A stretch of DNA of 64,000 bases from Chiloscyllium plagiosum (Eukaryota), in the NCBI RefSeq assembly GCF_004010195.1, contig NC_057718.1:102923566-102987565 (forward strand). Reading direction: 5' to 3'. Below, in pieces: positions 37,672 to 50,470 of this stretch (positions are counted from its first letter, which is position 1; every line of letters starts with the position of its first letter). The position numbers were made by a program, and so were the translations under genes. The notes under the pieces are model-generated. The model was not told the DNA's origin and searched no databases. It saw only the letters and a program-made list of their open reading frames with translations.

Positions 37672-39131
37672 CTACAAAACATAATTATTAGCAGTTTTAA
37701 GTTGGAAATGCATTAGCCTCTCTGATAAACACTGTTACGATCCAGGGCAAAAGATATAAATGTAGAAAATAGCCTCTGAAAATACTTTGACAATGATGGC
37801 TCATTCAATGGCTCTGGATTTATTTTAAAGCAATTAATGTTTCTGTAGTAAACAGTGCAGAGTGAATTTTCAGCTGTCCATGGTTGGCATGCAAGTGTTA
37901 TTTATCCCAAATCTACAGACAATACTTTGACAATACTCCTGAACTTCTTTGCTTAGTTCCCTTTATATTGTTAATCACAGCTGAAGACCTCTACACACAT
38001 GACAGAGTTTAAAGCTGTCATTACTACGCAGATCCTGGATTCAGTCAAAATCTCTGTAACGTGATTAGATTTGATTGGATTGGATTTATTATTGTCACAC
38101 GTATCCAGGTACAGTGAAAAGTTTTGTTTTGAGTGCAGTACAGGCAGATCACACCATACAAAGTACATTAGGGTGAGTGAATGGGATGAGGAATACAAAG
38201 TTACAGCTGCAAAAAAGGTGCATAAAAAGCATTAGTTTGGAAATTTGAGATGTCCAATCAGTAGTCTAATTATAGCAGGGGAAAAGCCTTTCTTGAATCT
38301 TTGATAAGTGTGTTTAAACTTTGCTAACTTGTGCCTGAGGGCAGAGGTTGGAGTGGAAAGGGTCTTTGATGATGTTAGCTGCCTTTCTGCAGTAATGAGT
38401 AGTGTAGATGGAGTCCATGGATAGAAGGTTAGCTTGTGGGATGGACTGGGCTGTGTTCACAACTCTGTCTGAGGTGATGGGAAACATCTTCACTCAGAGG
38501 GTTGTATCTGGAATTTCTCTACCCCCAATCAAGCTCTGAATGCTCAGTCTGTAACTATTTTCCAGACTCAGCTTTGATAGATTTGTGTACACTAAGGATG
38601 AAGGGATCTGGGAAGAGAGCAAGAACTGATGTTAGAACGTTACTCATGATTTCTCACTGAAAGATTCGAAGGGCTGAATGGCCTACTCCTGCTCCAATTT
38701 CTTCTGTTCCTCAACGGTGCCATGTTCTTCATAAAGATATTTGTGGTTGACAATGGGAAACACAGATAATCTCCTTCCTGTGATTATAATTTCTCCCATT
38801 TTGCAGGCAAATATCTCCATGAATTAGCAATTATCTAATTATTACACAGGCCATAAAAATCTGGGAGGTTATCCAAAAGTATCTCAATTTCACCAAAATC
38901 ACAATTTGTTGTGGCTCCAGATTAGATAAAATGATATTGTTCCCTTCATTGCTGTGCACTGTGGGGTCCAGGATGTGGTTTTACAAAGGAGTTTGTAGAT
39001 TTAGGAATCTGTTTCAAGCAGCATATTGAAATCATTTCAACAACTTCAAGAAGATGTTAATGTAAACAGCATTAATTTTTTTGAATTTCTTCAGCATCTT
39101 AACTCAATGTAACAACTAATAAAGAGGGTAC

Positions 39132-39254
39132 CTATTCCGTAACATTCCTCATCTTGTGGGTTTTGAACTCCCAACAACGACCGCCAAATATTTCACGTGT
39201 GTCTCCAGGTACAGCTTTTCTTTACACTCAAACCCTGTGGCCTTTCCTTTTCAG
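39132..39254 (-). pseudogene. Dynein pseudo-exon (linker/AAA1 boundary), 123 nt, phase 2/2
   Basis: CCTAACAG| acceptor, TAG|GTACCC donor; KEKLYLETHVKYLAVVV (~LITIDVHARDVV); two TGA; phase joins the next exon. Confidence 0.55.
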
Positions 39255-40361
39255 CTGTTAGGAACCAAGTCACTGGTCAGCTAAGAGGTGAGCAAACTGT
39301 CACCTGGCTGTATTAGTCTTGTCTCACTCCTGTGTCTTATACCATTTCAATTGGTAAAGACCTTGAGAGCTCCCTGAATGGGAAACATGCAGAGGGTCAC
39401 CACCTGGGGGAGCCCTGTGCCAATGTACATGTCCATTGTAACCCCACCCCAGTGAAAGATTTTCGCCAGTGAACTCGAACCATGTCCCACCTCATGGGCT
39501 TTACTATTTGCAGAATTTAGCAGCTCAGTGTTTTCCGAGCATTAATAAGCTAGACTGATTGACATCTCTCTCTCTCTCACTGCCAATAGTGAAACAGAGT
39601 AAACATGTAGGGAGGTTTTGCTAAACCTATACCAGGCACTAATCAGCCCATAGCTAGAATACTGTGAACAGCTTTAGGCCCCTTATATAAGGAAAGATAA
39701 ATTAACATTGCAGACAGTGTTAAGAAAGCTGATCCCAGGTGTGGAGGGAATTGTCTAATGAGGAGAGGTTGAGTAGGTTGGGCCTGTAATTGTTGGAATT
39801 TTGAAGAAAGGGAGGAGACCTTATTGAAACATACAGCATACAAGATGAGGCGGTGCCCCTGACTGACTGTGGCAACTCTCCCACAGTCCCCCTTCATTCC
39901 ACAAATATTACTGCCTTTGGACTTTCAGACACAGCCATTCTGCCACACAGCCAGGCAGTGAATTTGCCGTGTAAACTGCTGGCACATTCTGCAGGTGGGA
40001 CATTGGCATGGCAGGGTGCCATATGGCAACATGTCTGTTCCCTTGACTGACCAGTGTTGGCAAACGTGACAAGCTTCTTGGCTCTCTGTGCCAAATGGCA
40101 AGATAGAACCAACGCGAGCCTGTAAGGTCTGAAGGAAGCAGAAATGTGCTCAAAGACATGGCACACATTCTGTGAGCTTCTCATTAAACTCAAAGGGAGT
40201 GAACACTCAGAGAGTGAGCTAAGGGTCCTGAGATACCGTCTAATCTAACACATGAGCAGGGTGCATTGAATGGTGTGCAAAGTGACCAGGCAGTATTGCA
40301 GCAAGGAAAGGGATGTTGGAGAGTTCCAATGTGCAGTTTGAAGCTCTGAGTTGTATTGTAC

Positions 40362-41501
40362 GTTAGTCTGAGGGGTTGAGGTGGTGAGGCTGGTGTCTTG
40401 CCGATGCCAACCTCCTGCTACAGAGTGTGCCCTGAGATATTGTCAAGGCAGATTCCCAGAGAAGGTGCCAGTTAATTGCAGCTGGTGGATCCCCGCTCAG
40501 ACTTTTAAGTTGGGTATTGGTGCCATCCAGTTTCTCAGTGGTTACTGGGAGAATGGCCACCTGCATATAAACGAAGTGAGAAGAGTTGATGATAATGCAT
40601 TCACACTGGGCCCCTGCCCTCATGCTAGTGAGATTCTCATTTCACGCCGTAACTTCATCAAGAAAACTGGATATGTTTTCTTGTGATGTTGAAAATCTAG
40701 TTCCTTTCATTCTTGCTGTATTCTCCCAGCTTTGTCACAATTGCCAAGATGCTGGGAAAATTCCACCTTCCATTTTTCCTGTTAAATGGAGCTGGGAGAA
40801 TGTCAGTAGAAAGAATTGTGCAAGATGCCCAATGATAACCAATCTCTCATCCACCCTTTCTCTTCAAGGTGCATGGCCAGCAGTTTGGCATTTGTTGACC
40901 TGGTTATCGTCTCCTCAATCACCTTGTGAGATGAAGCATAACAGAAAGTCAAAATTATAACAAAAAGATATTTTTAAATAAAAAGACGTAAACATAATGC
41001 AAGAACATGACAGGAGTGATTGCAAACTGGAACTGTTGACCTTTCCTGAGACACCAAGTACTATTTGTAATAGGTACGTGGCTGTGATTAATCTACTTAT
41101 TGACATGATAATATACTCTGTGCAGGTAATTGATCTTCTGTTAAACCTGAATCTTGACTAGTTTATGTGGTGCCACAGTCTCATTATTGCAGCTCCCTTC
41201 CTCCTCTGCATGTCTGCTGTTCAGCCCGACAGCTTGCCTTGATAGATATCATTTTCCCTCGACTCAATGACCTTCCTGGCATTGAGAGAATCTGCCTTTA
41301 AACTGATGCCGGAAAAGAACAAAGTCCATTTCTGAAGGCAGAGCCTGCATGTTAAAAGCTCCCCATCAAAAGCGATGCTAACATCTTTGTGGTGTGTGAA
41401 CTTTAACCAGATTACAAGTGTATGAAAAAAATTGCATAGAAACCCGTTGACCTTCAAAATTGTTCCTATCTCATTTCTTTCTAACTTCACTGAAAATGAC
41501 T
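40362..41501 (-). pseudogene. Large dynein pseudo-exon region (linker / DHC_N2)
   Basis: Track ORFs 41221-41517, 40915-41106 and 40363-40623 share one frame, separated only by stops; TGTTTTCAG| acceptor; motifs LCNFFHTLVIWLKF, FDFLLCFISQG (~NDELLEILSQ), IGHLAQFF (~QPHLKKCF), QENISSFLDEV (~GNVEDWLNEV), YMQVAILP (~PGQVVLL). May hide small introns. Confidence 0.7.
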
Positions 41502-41629
41502 CTGAAAACAGATGCATTGAATACCTCTTAGTTTTCAGAAAGCCTGCTCTTAAATGACTACTTCTATTTCAGGTCTTGTCCTGTGAGGTCCAAAAATTCT
41601 ATTACATTCCAATTTTATCTCTCTCTCAC

Positions 41630-41984
41630 CCTTCAATCAATTTCTTCCTGCAGTTTTTGATGTATTATTGCAATAAAAGTTCTAAAATTACATGTGTAAA
41701 GGATTTAGGTCTAAATTTGCAGCTTCATTGGAGAAACTCAGTGTTTTTTTTCTTCTACCCCAGCTCCTGCGTACGCCCTCGGAGCAATAAATCAACCAGC
41801 TCAGAGACCAATGGGAGCAGAATAAATAGACTTGTTATCCAACACCAGCTAATACAATCCAGGTCAGATAAGGCTATATCTTCTCTTTCTGGTTCTGTAT
41901 GGTTCAGTTCCAGTGTGTGTTGACCCTAGCTGGAGATGACCCTGTTTTGCATTGAAATTCTTCTTTGAATGTGACAAGTAGATT
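41630..41984 (-). pseudogene. Dynein pseudo-exon (linker)
   Basis: CATTTCAG| acceptor, AGG|GTGAGA donor, 128-nt intron to the next exon; EREDIALSDLDCISWCW loosely ~EYSLEKALDKMEEEW; several stops. Confidence 0.45.
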
Positions 41985-42007
41985 CTGAAATGAGTTCTAT
42001 TGAACAG

Positions 42008-42360
42008 GTGATGCCCAAGTGGTACTATCGCTGGGCTATTAATCCAGAAAACCAGATATTGTTTTGGGAATCTGGGTTCAAATCCTGTCATGCCAGATGG
42101 TGAGATCTTCAACCCAATTAAAAATATGGAATTAAGAGTCTAATGATGACCATGAATCCATTGTCTATTCTCAGGAAAAACCCATCTGGTTCACTAATGG
42201 TCTTTAAGAATGGAAACTGCCATCCTTACCTGGTCTAGCCTACATGTGACTCCAGACCCACAGCAATGGGGTTGACTCTTAACTGCCCTCTGGGCAATTA
42301 GGGATGGGCAATAAATGCTGGCCTAGCAAGTGAAGCCCACATTCTGTGAATTTATTAAAA
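42008..42360 (+). mobile_element. tRNA-derived SINE with L2-like tail
   Basis: B box GGGTTCAAATCC; tail gggcaataaatgctggcc shared with LINE 48190-50470; related copies at 20120-20370, 53650-53970 and 57830-57990. Confidence 0.65.
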
Positions 42361-43204
42361 ATAAAACCTGGGAGCAGGATACCAGGAGTTGACCACCACA
42401 TGTGCAAGGGGGTGGGGTTTGGGTGGGTCAATGTTAGTGACCTCTCAAACTCATAATGGCTATTAGACTTCTGCTGGATTACAAACAGAAATTGCTGGAG
42501 AAACTCAACAGGTCTGGCAGCATCTGTAGAGAGAGAAATAGAGTGAATGTTTCGAGTCCAGTTTAATCCTTTATCAGGACTGAAAGAAGCTTTTTATGCT
42601 ATTGACACTGAGGGGCAGCAGAGACAGGGGGAGCGGGCATCCAGAGCAAAAGACAGAGCAGTGATAATGGTGGTAAAGGAGGGATAGGGAGATAAAATAG
42701 GTGTTAACGTTACCTGTGAAGAGGAGAAAATGGATCCAATCACAAAGACATGGATGGAGGTGTGGTGGTTTGGGGAAAATGTATGGAGAATGGAGGCCAG
42801 AGATCATCTCAGAAATTGTGGAATTCAGTATTGAGTCCCAGAGGCTGTAAAGTATCTAAACAGAACATGAGGTGTTGTTCCTGTTGGTTCCCTCAGTTGG
42901 CTATGCTATCAACCCAGTCCGTCCACAGCCTAGCAACTGTACCTGGATTTACCTGTACCAGGAAAAGCTCTGACAAAGAGTCAGACTCAAGGTGATAACT
43001 TTGTTTTTCTTTCCACAGAAAGTGCTGGACCTGCTGACCTTTTCCAGCTGGTTTCTTTTGTTTTTAAGCTGGCCTTTGAGGAGCACCTCCTCAAAAAATT
43101 GATAACTGCTACCTCTGGCACCAATTAGCCCTTCGCATAGAGTGACCATGGCTTAGACACCTGTGTGATTCTGTGTCAGGTTCCGCATCTCAAACAGAAA
43201 GATC

Positions 43205-43407
43205 AAACCCTAAAACACATCACCTCATACCCTAAAATTCACCACCTCAAACCCTAAAAAACACCACCTCATACCCTAAAACAATCCACCTCATAGCTTA
43301 AAACACAACATCTCATACCCTAAAACACTCCACCTCATACCCTAAAACACACCACTTCATACCCTAAAACAATCCACCTCATACCCTAAAACACAACATC
43401 TCATACC
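43205..43407. repeat. Minisatellite, ~22-bp unit x ~9
   Basis: Unit ACCCTAAAACACACCACCTCAT with variants. Confidence 0.95.
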
Positions 43408-43676
43408 TTCTTGCTTATCTTTATTCAGACCGTCATGACACTCCTCTGGGACAGGTGGGACCTGGACCAGAGTTAGGGTCACTACCACTGCACAAGTAGA
43501 ATTCCATCCATACGTTTAAATCTAATTTACACTGACTCTTACATTTTATACATTGAACATAGGTGATTAAAGTTTAATTATACAAATATGTTTATTAAAT
43601 CTTTTATTTTATACACAAGCTTATGTGGTGGGAAATTGACTTCTGACAAATGTTTGGAAGAAGAAACAAATATTAC

Positions 43677-43827
43677 CAACATTGAAAAGCAACTGCCATT
43701 GTATCTGCTTCCAGCTTTAATCTTAAAAAGGTTCCTCTCGTCCTCTTAAGTCTTCTTATTAAGGTTAATGGTAAGTGGGAAGCTCTGTGGAGGTCATTTA
43801 GAAAAGAAAGACCACCATAAATGAATC
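43677..43827 (-). pseudogene. Dynein pseudo-exon (linker), 151 nt
   Basis: AAAG| acceptor, TTG|GTAATA donor; GFIYGGLSFLNDLHRASHLPLTLIRRLK (~AYxGLxxKIxDFxxSLPLIxDLRN); shifted frame gives SWKQI (~RHWKQL). Confidence 0.55.
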
Positions 43828-44689
43828 CTTTTAAACAGGAGCAGTCGACAGAAGATGCAATTAAAATTAAAAAGCTCAGAGTTGGATTACACTTTGCAAA
43901 GCAAAAAGCCAAAATCTTTAGCAATCAAACTAAAATGGCATGTCCTTAGTGGAAACACCTGTAGAGTTCCTTACCACACACATGCTCTGGAGTATTCCAT
44001 GCACAGTTTCTGGTAAACTGTGGAATGCTACACTCAGGGGAAAAGAAAACATTCACTCCTGTGAAACTCTGAATGTATATAGCTGAAGATCGTTCACTTT
44101 TACACTGGTAACTGCAGCTAATAATAGTTTTGCATGCTGCAGGACATCTGTATAAATGTGCCAGCCTGTTTCTCCTGCCACAGATGCTTCCTGACCTGTT
44201 ATGCGTTCCCAGTATTTTCCGTCCTCGTTTCAGGTTTCCGGCACACAGGACATCATTTTGTCTTTGCGTTTAATTCAGTGTCTCTTGCAAATTAATAAAG
44301 AAATTTTCCCCTTTCTCTTGATCAGTTGGGTCAAAGGGCAGCTGGAGCTTAATTTGGATAAATGCAAGGTATTGCATTTTGGTAAAACAATCAAAGGCAG
44401 GTCCTTATACAGGGTCAGAAGTCACACAGCACCAGCTAATAGTCCAACAGCTTTATGTGAAATCACAAGCTTTTGGAGTACTGCTGTTTTTTCAGGTGAA
44501 ATGACCTCACCCTGATGAAGGAGCAGCGCTGTGAAAGCTTGCGATTTCAACTAAACCTCTTGGATTATAACCTGTTGTCGTTTGACTTCTGACTTTGTCA
44601 ACCCCAGTCAAACATCTACACCTCCACACCAGGACTTACACAGTTAAAGGTAGGGCCCTCTCTGTCCAACAGAGAGACTGAGGAGTTGC

Positions 44690-47100
44690 TTCCACAGCCA
44701 TCTGAGTTCCACAGATTCACCACTGTCTGGCTGAAAAAGTTCTTCTTCATCTCAGTTATGGAGTAATTCATCTGAGGCCATTCTTTTGGCGCTTAGTCTC
44801 TCCTACCAGGGGAAATATCTTCACCATGTCCACCCTATCCAGGCCTCTCCATATTCTGTAAGTTTCAATGGGATCCCTCCCCTTTCTAAACTCCATCAAG
44901 TACAGACCAAAAGTCTTCAACTGCTCCTCATTGACAAGACCTTCATCCCCAGGATCATGCTTGTAAACCTCCTCTGGATCCCCCTGCAACACCAGCACAT
45001 CCTTCCTTAGATACGGGACCCAAAACTGCTCACAATATTCCAAATGCAGTCTGACCAGAGCCTTATACAGCCTCAGCAATACATCTCTGTTCTTGTGTTC
45101 TAGCCATCTTGAAATGGATGCTGACATTGTATTTACCTTCCTAGCTGCCAAATGAACTAGCATGTTAACCTTAAGAGAATCCTTAACTTGGACTCCCATG
45201 ACACTTCATGTTTCAGATTTCAAAGCCTTTCCCCATTTAGAAAATAGGTTATGCCTCTATCCTTTTTACCAAAGTGCAGAACCTCACACTTTCTCTTTTT
45301 GTATTCCCACTTCTTTGCCCACGTTCCTAGCCTGTCCAAGTCCTTCTGTAGCCTCCCCGCTTCCTCCACACTACCTGTTCCTCCACCTGTCTCTGTGTCA
45401 TGTGCAACCCTAACAACAAGTCCTCAGTTCCTTCAACCAGATTGTTAATGTATAACGTGAATAATTGTGGTCCCAACACAGACCCCTGTGGGACTCCACT
45501 AGTCACCAGCTGCCATCCTGAAAAAGACCCCGTTATTCCCAATCTCCACCTTCTGCCAGTCAGCCAATCCTCTATCTAGGCCAGTACCTTCTCCTTAACA
45601 CCATGGGCTCTTACCTTATTGAGCAGCCTCCTGTTGCAGCACCTTTGGCCCTCTGGAAATCCAAGCAGATCACATCCACTGGGTCTCCTTTATCCTCAAA
45701 GAATTCAAACTGATCAGTCAAGCACGACCCCCCCCCACCCCGACAAAGCTGTGTTGACTCCGCCTTATTTTATCATGCCTTCCAAGTACTCTGCAATCTT
45801 GTCCTCAATAATCGACTCTGAAATCTTACTGACAACCAAGGTCAGGCTAACCAGCTCATCGTTTCCTGTCATCTGCCTCCTTCCCTTCTTAAGAACTGTA
45901 CAATAGCCATTTCTCAGATATCTAGGACCCTCCAGTGATTCCTGAAAGATCACTGCCAATGTCTCTACAATTCCCTCAACTACCTCCTTCAGAACTCTAG
46001 GCTATAGTCCATCTGGTCTGGGATATTTATCCACCTTCAGACCTTTCAGCTTTCCATCACCTTCTCAAAGTTAAAAATCTCACAACACCAGGTTATAGTC
46101 CAACAGGTTTAATTAGAAGCACTTGCTTTTGGAGAGCTTCATCAGGTGGTTGTGGACTATAACCTTGTGTTGTGTGATTTTTAACTTGTACAACCCAGCC
46201 CAACACCGGCATCTCCACATCATCACCTTCTCCTTAATGATGGCCACTGCACTCACCTCTGCCCCCAAGTCTCTTGAATTTCTGGTATGCTATTGGTGTC
46301 TTCCTCTGTCAAGACTGAGGCAAAATACCTATTCAGTTCCTCTGCCATTTTGTTGTTCCCCAATGCTACTCCTCCAGCCTCACTTTCCAGTAATCCATTG
46401 TCTACTCTTGCCTCTCTCTTACCCTTTTGATAGTGAAAAATACTTTTGCAATCTGCTGTTATATTACTAGCTAGCTTACCTTCATAATTCCCCCCTTTTT
46501 GCTTTTTTTTAAATTTACCCTCTGCTGGTTTTTAAAGGCTTCCCAATCCTTTACCTTCCCATTAATCTTCACCACACCATATGTATTTCCTTTTGCTTTT
46601 ATGCTGTCTCAGCCTTCCCCTGTCAGCCATGGTCGCCTCATCCTCCCCATCATATGTTTCTTCTTCCTCGGGATGAATTTCTGCTGCTCCTCCCGAATTA
46701 CCCTCAGAAACTCCAGCCATTGCTGCTTCACTGTCTTCCCCGCTCGACTCCTCTTCCAATCAACTCTGGCCAGATCCTCCCCCATGACTTTGTAGTTACC
46801 TTTACACAACTGCAATACTGTTACGTCGGATTCCAGCTTCTCCCTTTCGAACTGCAGGGTGAATTCCATCATATCATGGTCACTGCCCTCTAGGGACTCC
46901 TTCACCTTGGGCTTCCTCATCATATCTGTCCCATTACAAATCCAGCATTTGCCTGTTCCCTAATGGACTCCACCACAAGCTGCTCCAAAAACACCTCATA
47001 GATATTCCATGAATTCCTTTTCCTGAGATCTGCCACCAATCTGATTTTCCCAGTCCACCCGCGAACTGAAGTCCCCCATGATTATTATAATTGTGCCTTT
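44690..47100 (-). mobile_element. CR1 LINE degenerate ORF2, with nested short element at 46068-46222
   Basis: [39 protein letters not shown]; flanks of the nested element repeat catcaccttctc. Confidence 0.9.
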
Positions 47101-47707
47101 CTTATCCTTTCTATACTCTCTGTCCCAATACCTGTTCTGGAAACTTTAATAACTTCTGCTGAACCCTCCCCTGATTTTAACTTTTACCATAATTTTCCAT
47201 CCAACTGAACCCTCACCCGCTCCCAGTAATCAGTTCAACATCCTATGCGCAGCCCTCTTTTAGGTTTCAGTTTCAGATTTTCCGCACTTTATTTTGCTTT
47301 ATTTTTAATGACATCCTGAGGAAGGGCCAGCATTGGAGATTTACAATTAAATCCTAATGTTCTCGCCACAGATATAGAGGGCTGAATGACCTTCCTCTGT
47401 GCTGTAACCATTCTATGTTTCTACAGTCTTTTCATTCTAACACACTCTGGGAGGGTTAGCATGGGCCTTGCATCAGTATAATGCAAATGAATCAAACCTT
47501 CCAATGGACTGAGGACTTTTGCCTGAGCACAACTTCCTCACCGATCTCACACATGGCTGCTGAATTACCAGCTCTCTCCTCCAACTGAGTACAAAACCCT
47601 CTCATCTCATTTCTTGTATCAAGTCCACAGTCATTGCTCTAGGTGGCAGTATATTTCTGAAGTACAGACGTGTTTAAGAGTGTCAATTACATCTCCCCCG
47701 CAGTTAC

Positions 47708-47870
47708 CCAGTTCCTGTGCTCTCGTTCTCTCCTCGCTTTACATGTGGAATGACTTTGTTCTCACTGCTGTGCAAGTTTCGAAATTTTTCTGTAGAACGG
47801 TGTGGTACAGCACTGACATAGTGAAAGCCTTCAATTCTCATTTTAATTCAAGAGACAATGTTGCAACTGA
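47708..47870 (-). pseudogene. Dynein pseudo-exon (start of linker), 163 nt, phase 0/1
   Basis: TTTTTCCCAG| acceptor, TGG|GTAACT donor; SVATLSLELK*ELKAFTMSVLYH...; two in-frame stops. Confidence 0.5.
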
Positions 47871-48189
47871 CTGGGAAAAATCAGCAATAACTCTCAGGGC
47901 TCTGCATTGTTATTTAATTCCTCTCTTTAAGCTGACCACCAGCTAAACGGGCAGGAGGGCAATGAGTGCACAGGGAGCTTACAACAATACAAGGTACTCA
48001 CATGGAGGGCACAGTTGGCACCACTGCCCCATATTGGCGTTGAGGTAGAGAAAAACCTTACGTGCCAGGCTTGCACAGCCCTTGCAGCAGATTGCAAGTG
48101 GAGCGGGCACCTTAAACAGGGGAGTGGTCTTATTACAATATGTACAATTTTGAAAAAGTTCACTCAGTTCAAAATGGATCTGGTCAGGT

Positions 48190-50470
48190 GCTAAAGGATG
48201 TATCTGCTCGCATGGGTCTGCAGCAGATGGTGAGGGAACCAACAAGAGGGAAACACATACTTGACCTCATCCTTACCAATCGCCCAACTGCAGATGTATC
48301 TGTTCGTGACAGTATCAGTAAGTGTGATCACCGTACAGTCCTTGTGGAGACAAGGTCCCACCTTCACATTGAGAATACCCTCCATCGTGTTGTGTGGCTC
48401 TATCACAGTGCTAAATGGAACAGACTTCAAACAGATATGGCAACTCAAGACTGGGCATCTATGAGCCGCTGTGGGCCATTAACAGCAGCAGAATTGTACG
48501 CCAGCACAATCTGTAACCTCATGGTCTGGCATATCTCCCACTCAACCATTACCATCAAGCCAGGGGATCAACCCTGGTTCAATGGAGAGTACAGGAGGGC
48601 AGGTCATGAGCAGCATCAGACAGACCTGAAGATGAGGTGTCAACCTGGCGAAGCCACCAAACAGCATAAGCAGTAAGTGATAGACGGAGCTAAATGATCC
48701 CACAAGCAACAGATCAGACCTAAGCTCTGCAGTCCTGCCACAGTCGTGAATGTGGACAATTAAACAAATCACTGGAGGAGGAGGTTCCACACACATCCTC
48801 AACCTCAGTGATGGAAGAGCCCCGCACATCAGCGCAAAAGATAAGGCTGAAGCTTTTACAGCAATCTTCAGCCTCCTCCAATGGTCCCCAGCATCACAGA
48901 TACCAGTCTCCAGCCAATTCGATTCACTTCGCGTGAGATCAAGAAACGGATGGACACAGTAGAGATGCAAAAGCTATGGGCCCAGAAAACATTCCAGCAA
49001 CAGTACTGAAGACTTGTGCTCCAGAACGTGCTGCTCCCCTCGCCAAGCTGTTCCTGTGCAGTTACAACATCTACCCAACAATGTGGAAAACTGCCCAGGT
49101 ATGTCCTGTACATGAAAAGCAGGTGAAATCCAACCTGGCCAATTACCGCCCAATCAGCCTACTCTCCATCATCAGTAAAGTAATGGAAGGTGTGATCCAC
49201 AGTGCTATCCAGCAGCACCTGCTCAGCAATAACCTGCTCAATGATGCCCAGTTTGGGCTCCCCCAGGGCCACTCAGCTCCTGACCTCATTGCAGCCTTGA
49301 GTCAAACATGGACAAGAGAGCTGAATTCCAGAGAGGAAGGGAAAGGGACAGCCCTTGACATCAAGGTTGCATTCGACTGAGTGTGGCATCAAGGATCCTG
49401 GCAAACTGGAATCAATGGCTATCAGGGAAAAACCCCCTGGTGTTTAGAATCATATAGGAATATGATCGTTGTTGGAGATTAGTCATCTCAGCTCCAGGAC
49501 ATCTCTGCAGGAGTTCCTCAGGTAATGCCTAGGCCCAACCATCTTCAGCTGCTTCATCAATGACCTTCCCTTCATCATCAGGTCCGAAGTGGGAATGTTT
49601 GCTGATAATTGCACAATGTTCAACACCATTCATGACTCCTCAGATACTGAAGCAATCCATGTTCAAATGCAATAAGATCTGGACAATATCCAGGCTTGGG
49701 CTGACAAGTGGCAAGTAACATTCATGCCACACAAATACCAGGCTATGACCATCACCAATAACAGACAATCTTACCAGCGTCCCTTGACTTTCAATTATGT
49801 TACTATTACTGATTTCCCCATTATCAACTTCCTGGACATTTCCATTGATCAGAAATTCAACTGGACTCACCACATAAACACAGTGGCTACAAGATTAGGT
49901 CAGAGACTAGGAATACGTGGCAAGTAATTCACCTCCTGACTCCCCTAAACCTATCCACCATCTACAAAGCACAAGTTAGGAGTGTGATGGAATACTCCCC
50001 ACTTGCCTGGAATGGTGCAGCTCCAACAACACTCAAGAAGCTTGACACGATCTAGGAGAAAGCAGCTGCTTTATTGGTATGAGTCCTCAAGCATCCATTC
50101 CCTCCACCACTGACACTCATTTACAAGATGCACTGCAGATATTCACCAAAGATCATTAGGCAGCATTTTCCAAACCCACGACCACTTCCATCTACAAAGG
50201 GAAGGACAGCAGATACATGGGAACCCCACCCCCTGCAAGTTCCCCTCCAAGCCACTCGCCATCCTGACTTGGAAATATATCGCCATTCTTTCACTGTCAC
50301 TGGGTCAAAATCCTGGAATTCCCTCTCTAAGGGCATTGTGGGTCTACCTACAGCAGGTGAACTGCAGCGGTTCAAGAAGGCAGCTAACCCTCACCTCCTC
50401 AAGGGGCAACTTGGGGCGGGCAATAAATGTTGGGCCCAGCCAGTGACACCCACATCTCACAAATGAATAA
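48190..50470 (+). mobile_element. L2/CR1-group LINE, degenerate ORF2 (EN end, RT, 3' UTR)
   Basis: PTRGKHILDLILTN, GPENIP, NYRPISLLSIISKVME, ALDIKVAFD, FADN. Confidence 0.9.

Noticed and set aside
40381..40960. Plus-strand ORFs of 101 and 124 aa
   Set aside because: Antisense shadows of the minus-strand dynein linker region, with no recognisable motifs.
2544..41501. Functional gene using TGA recoding (selenocysteine/readthrough) or RNA editing
   Set aside because: TAA and TAG stops, probable frameshifts in other exons and an intra-exon insertion are better explained by pseudogenisation.
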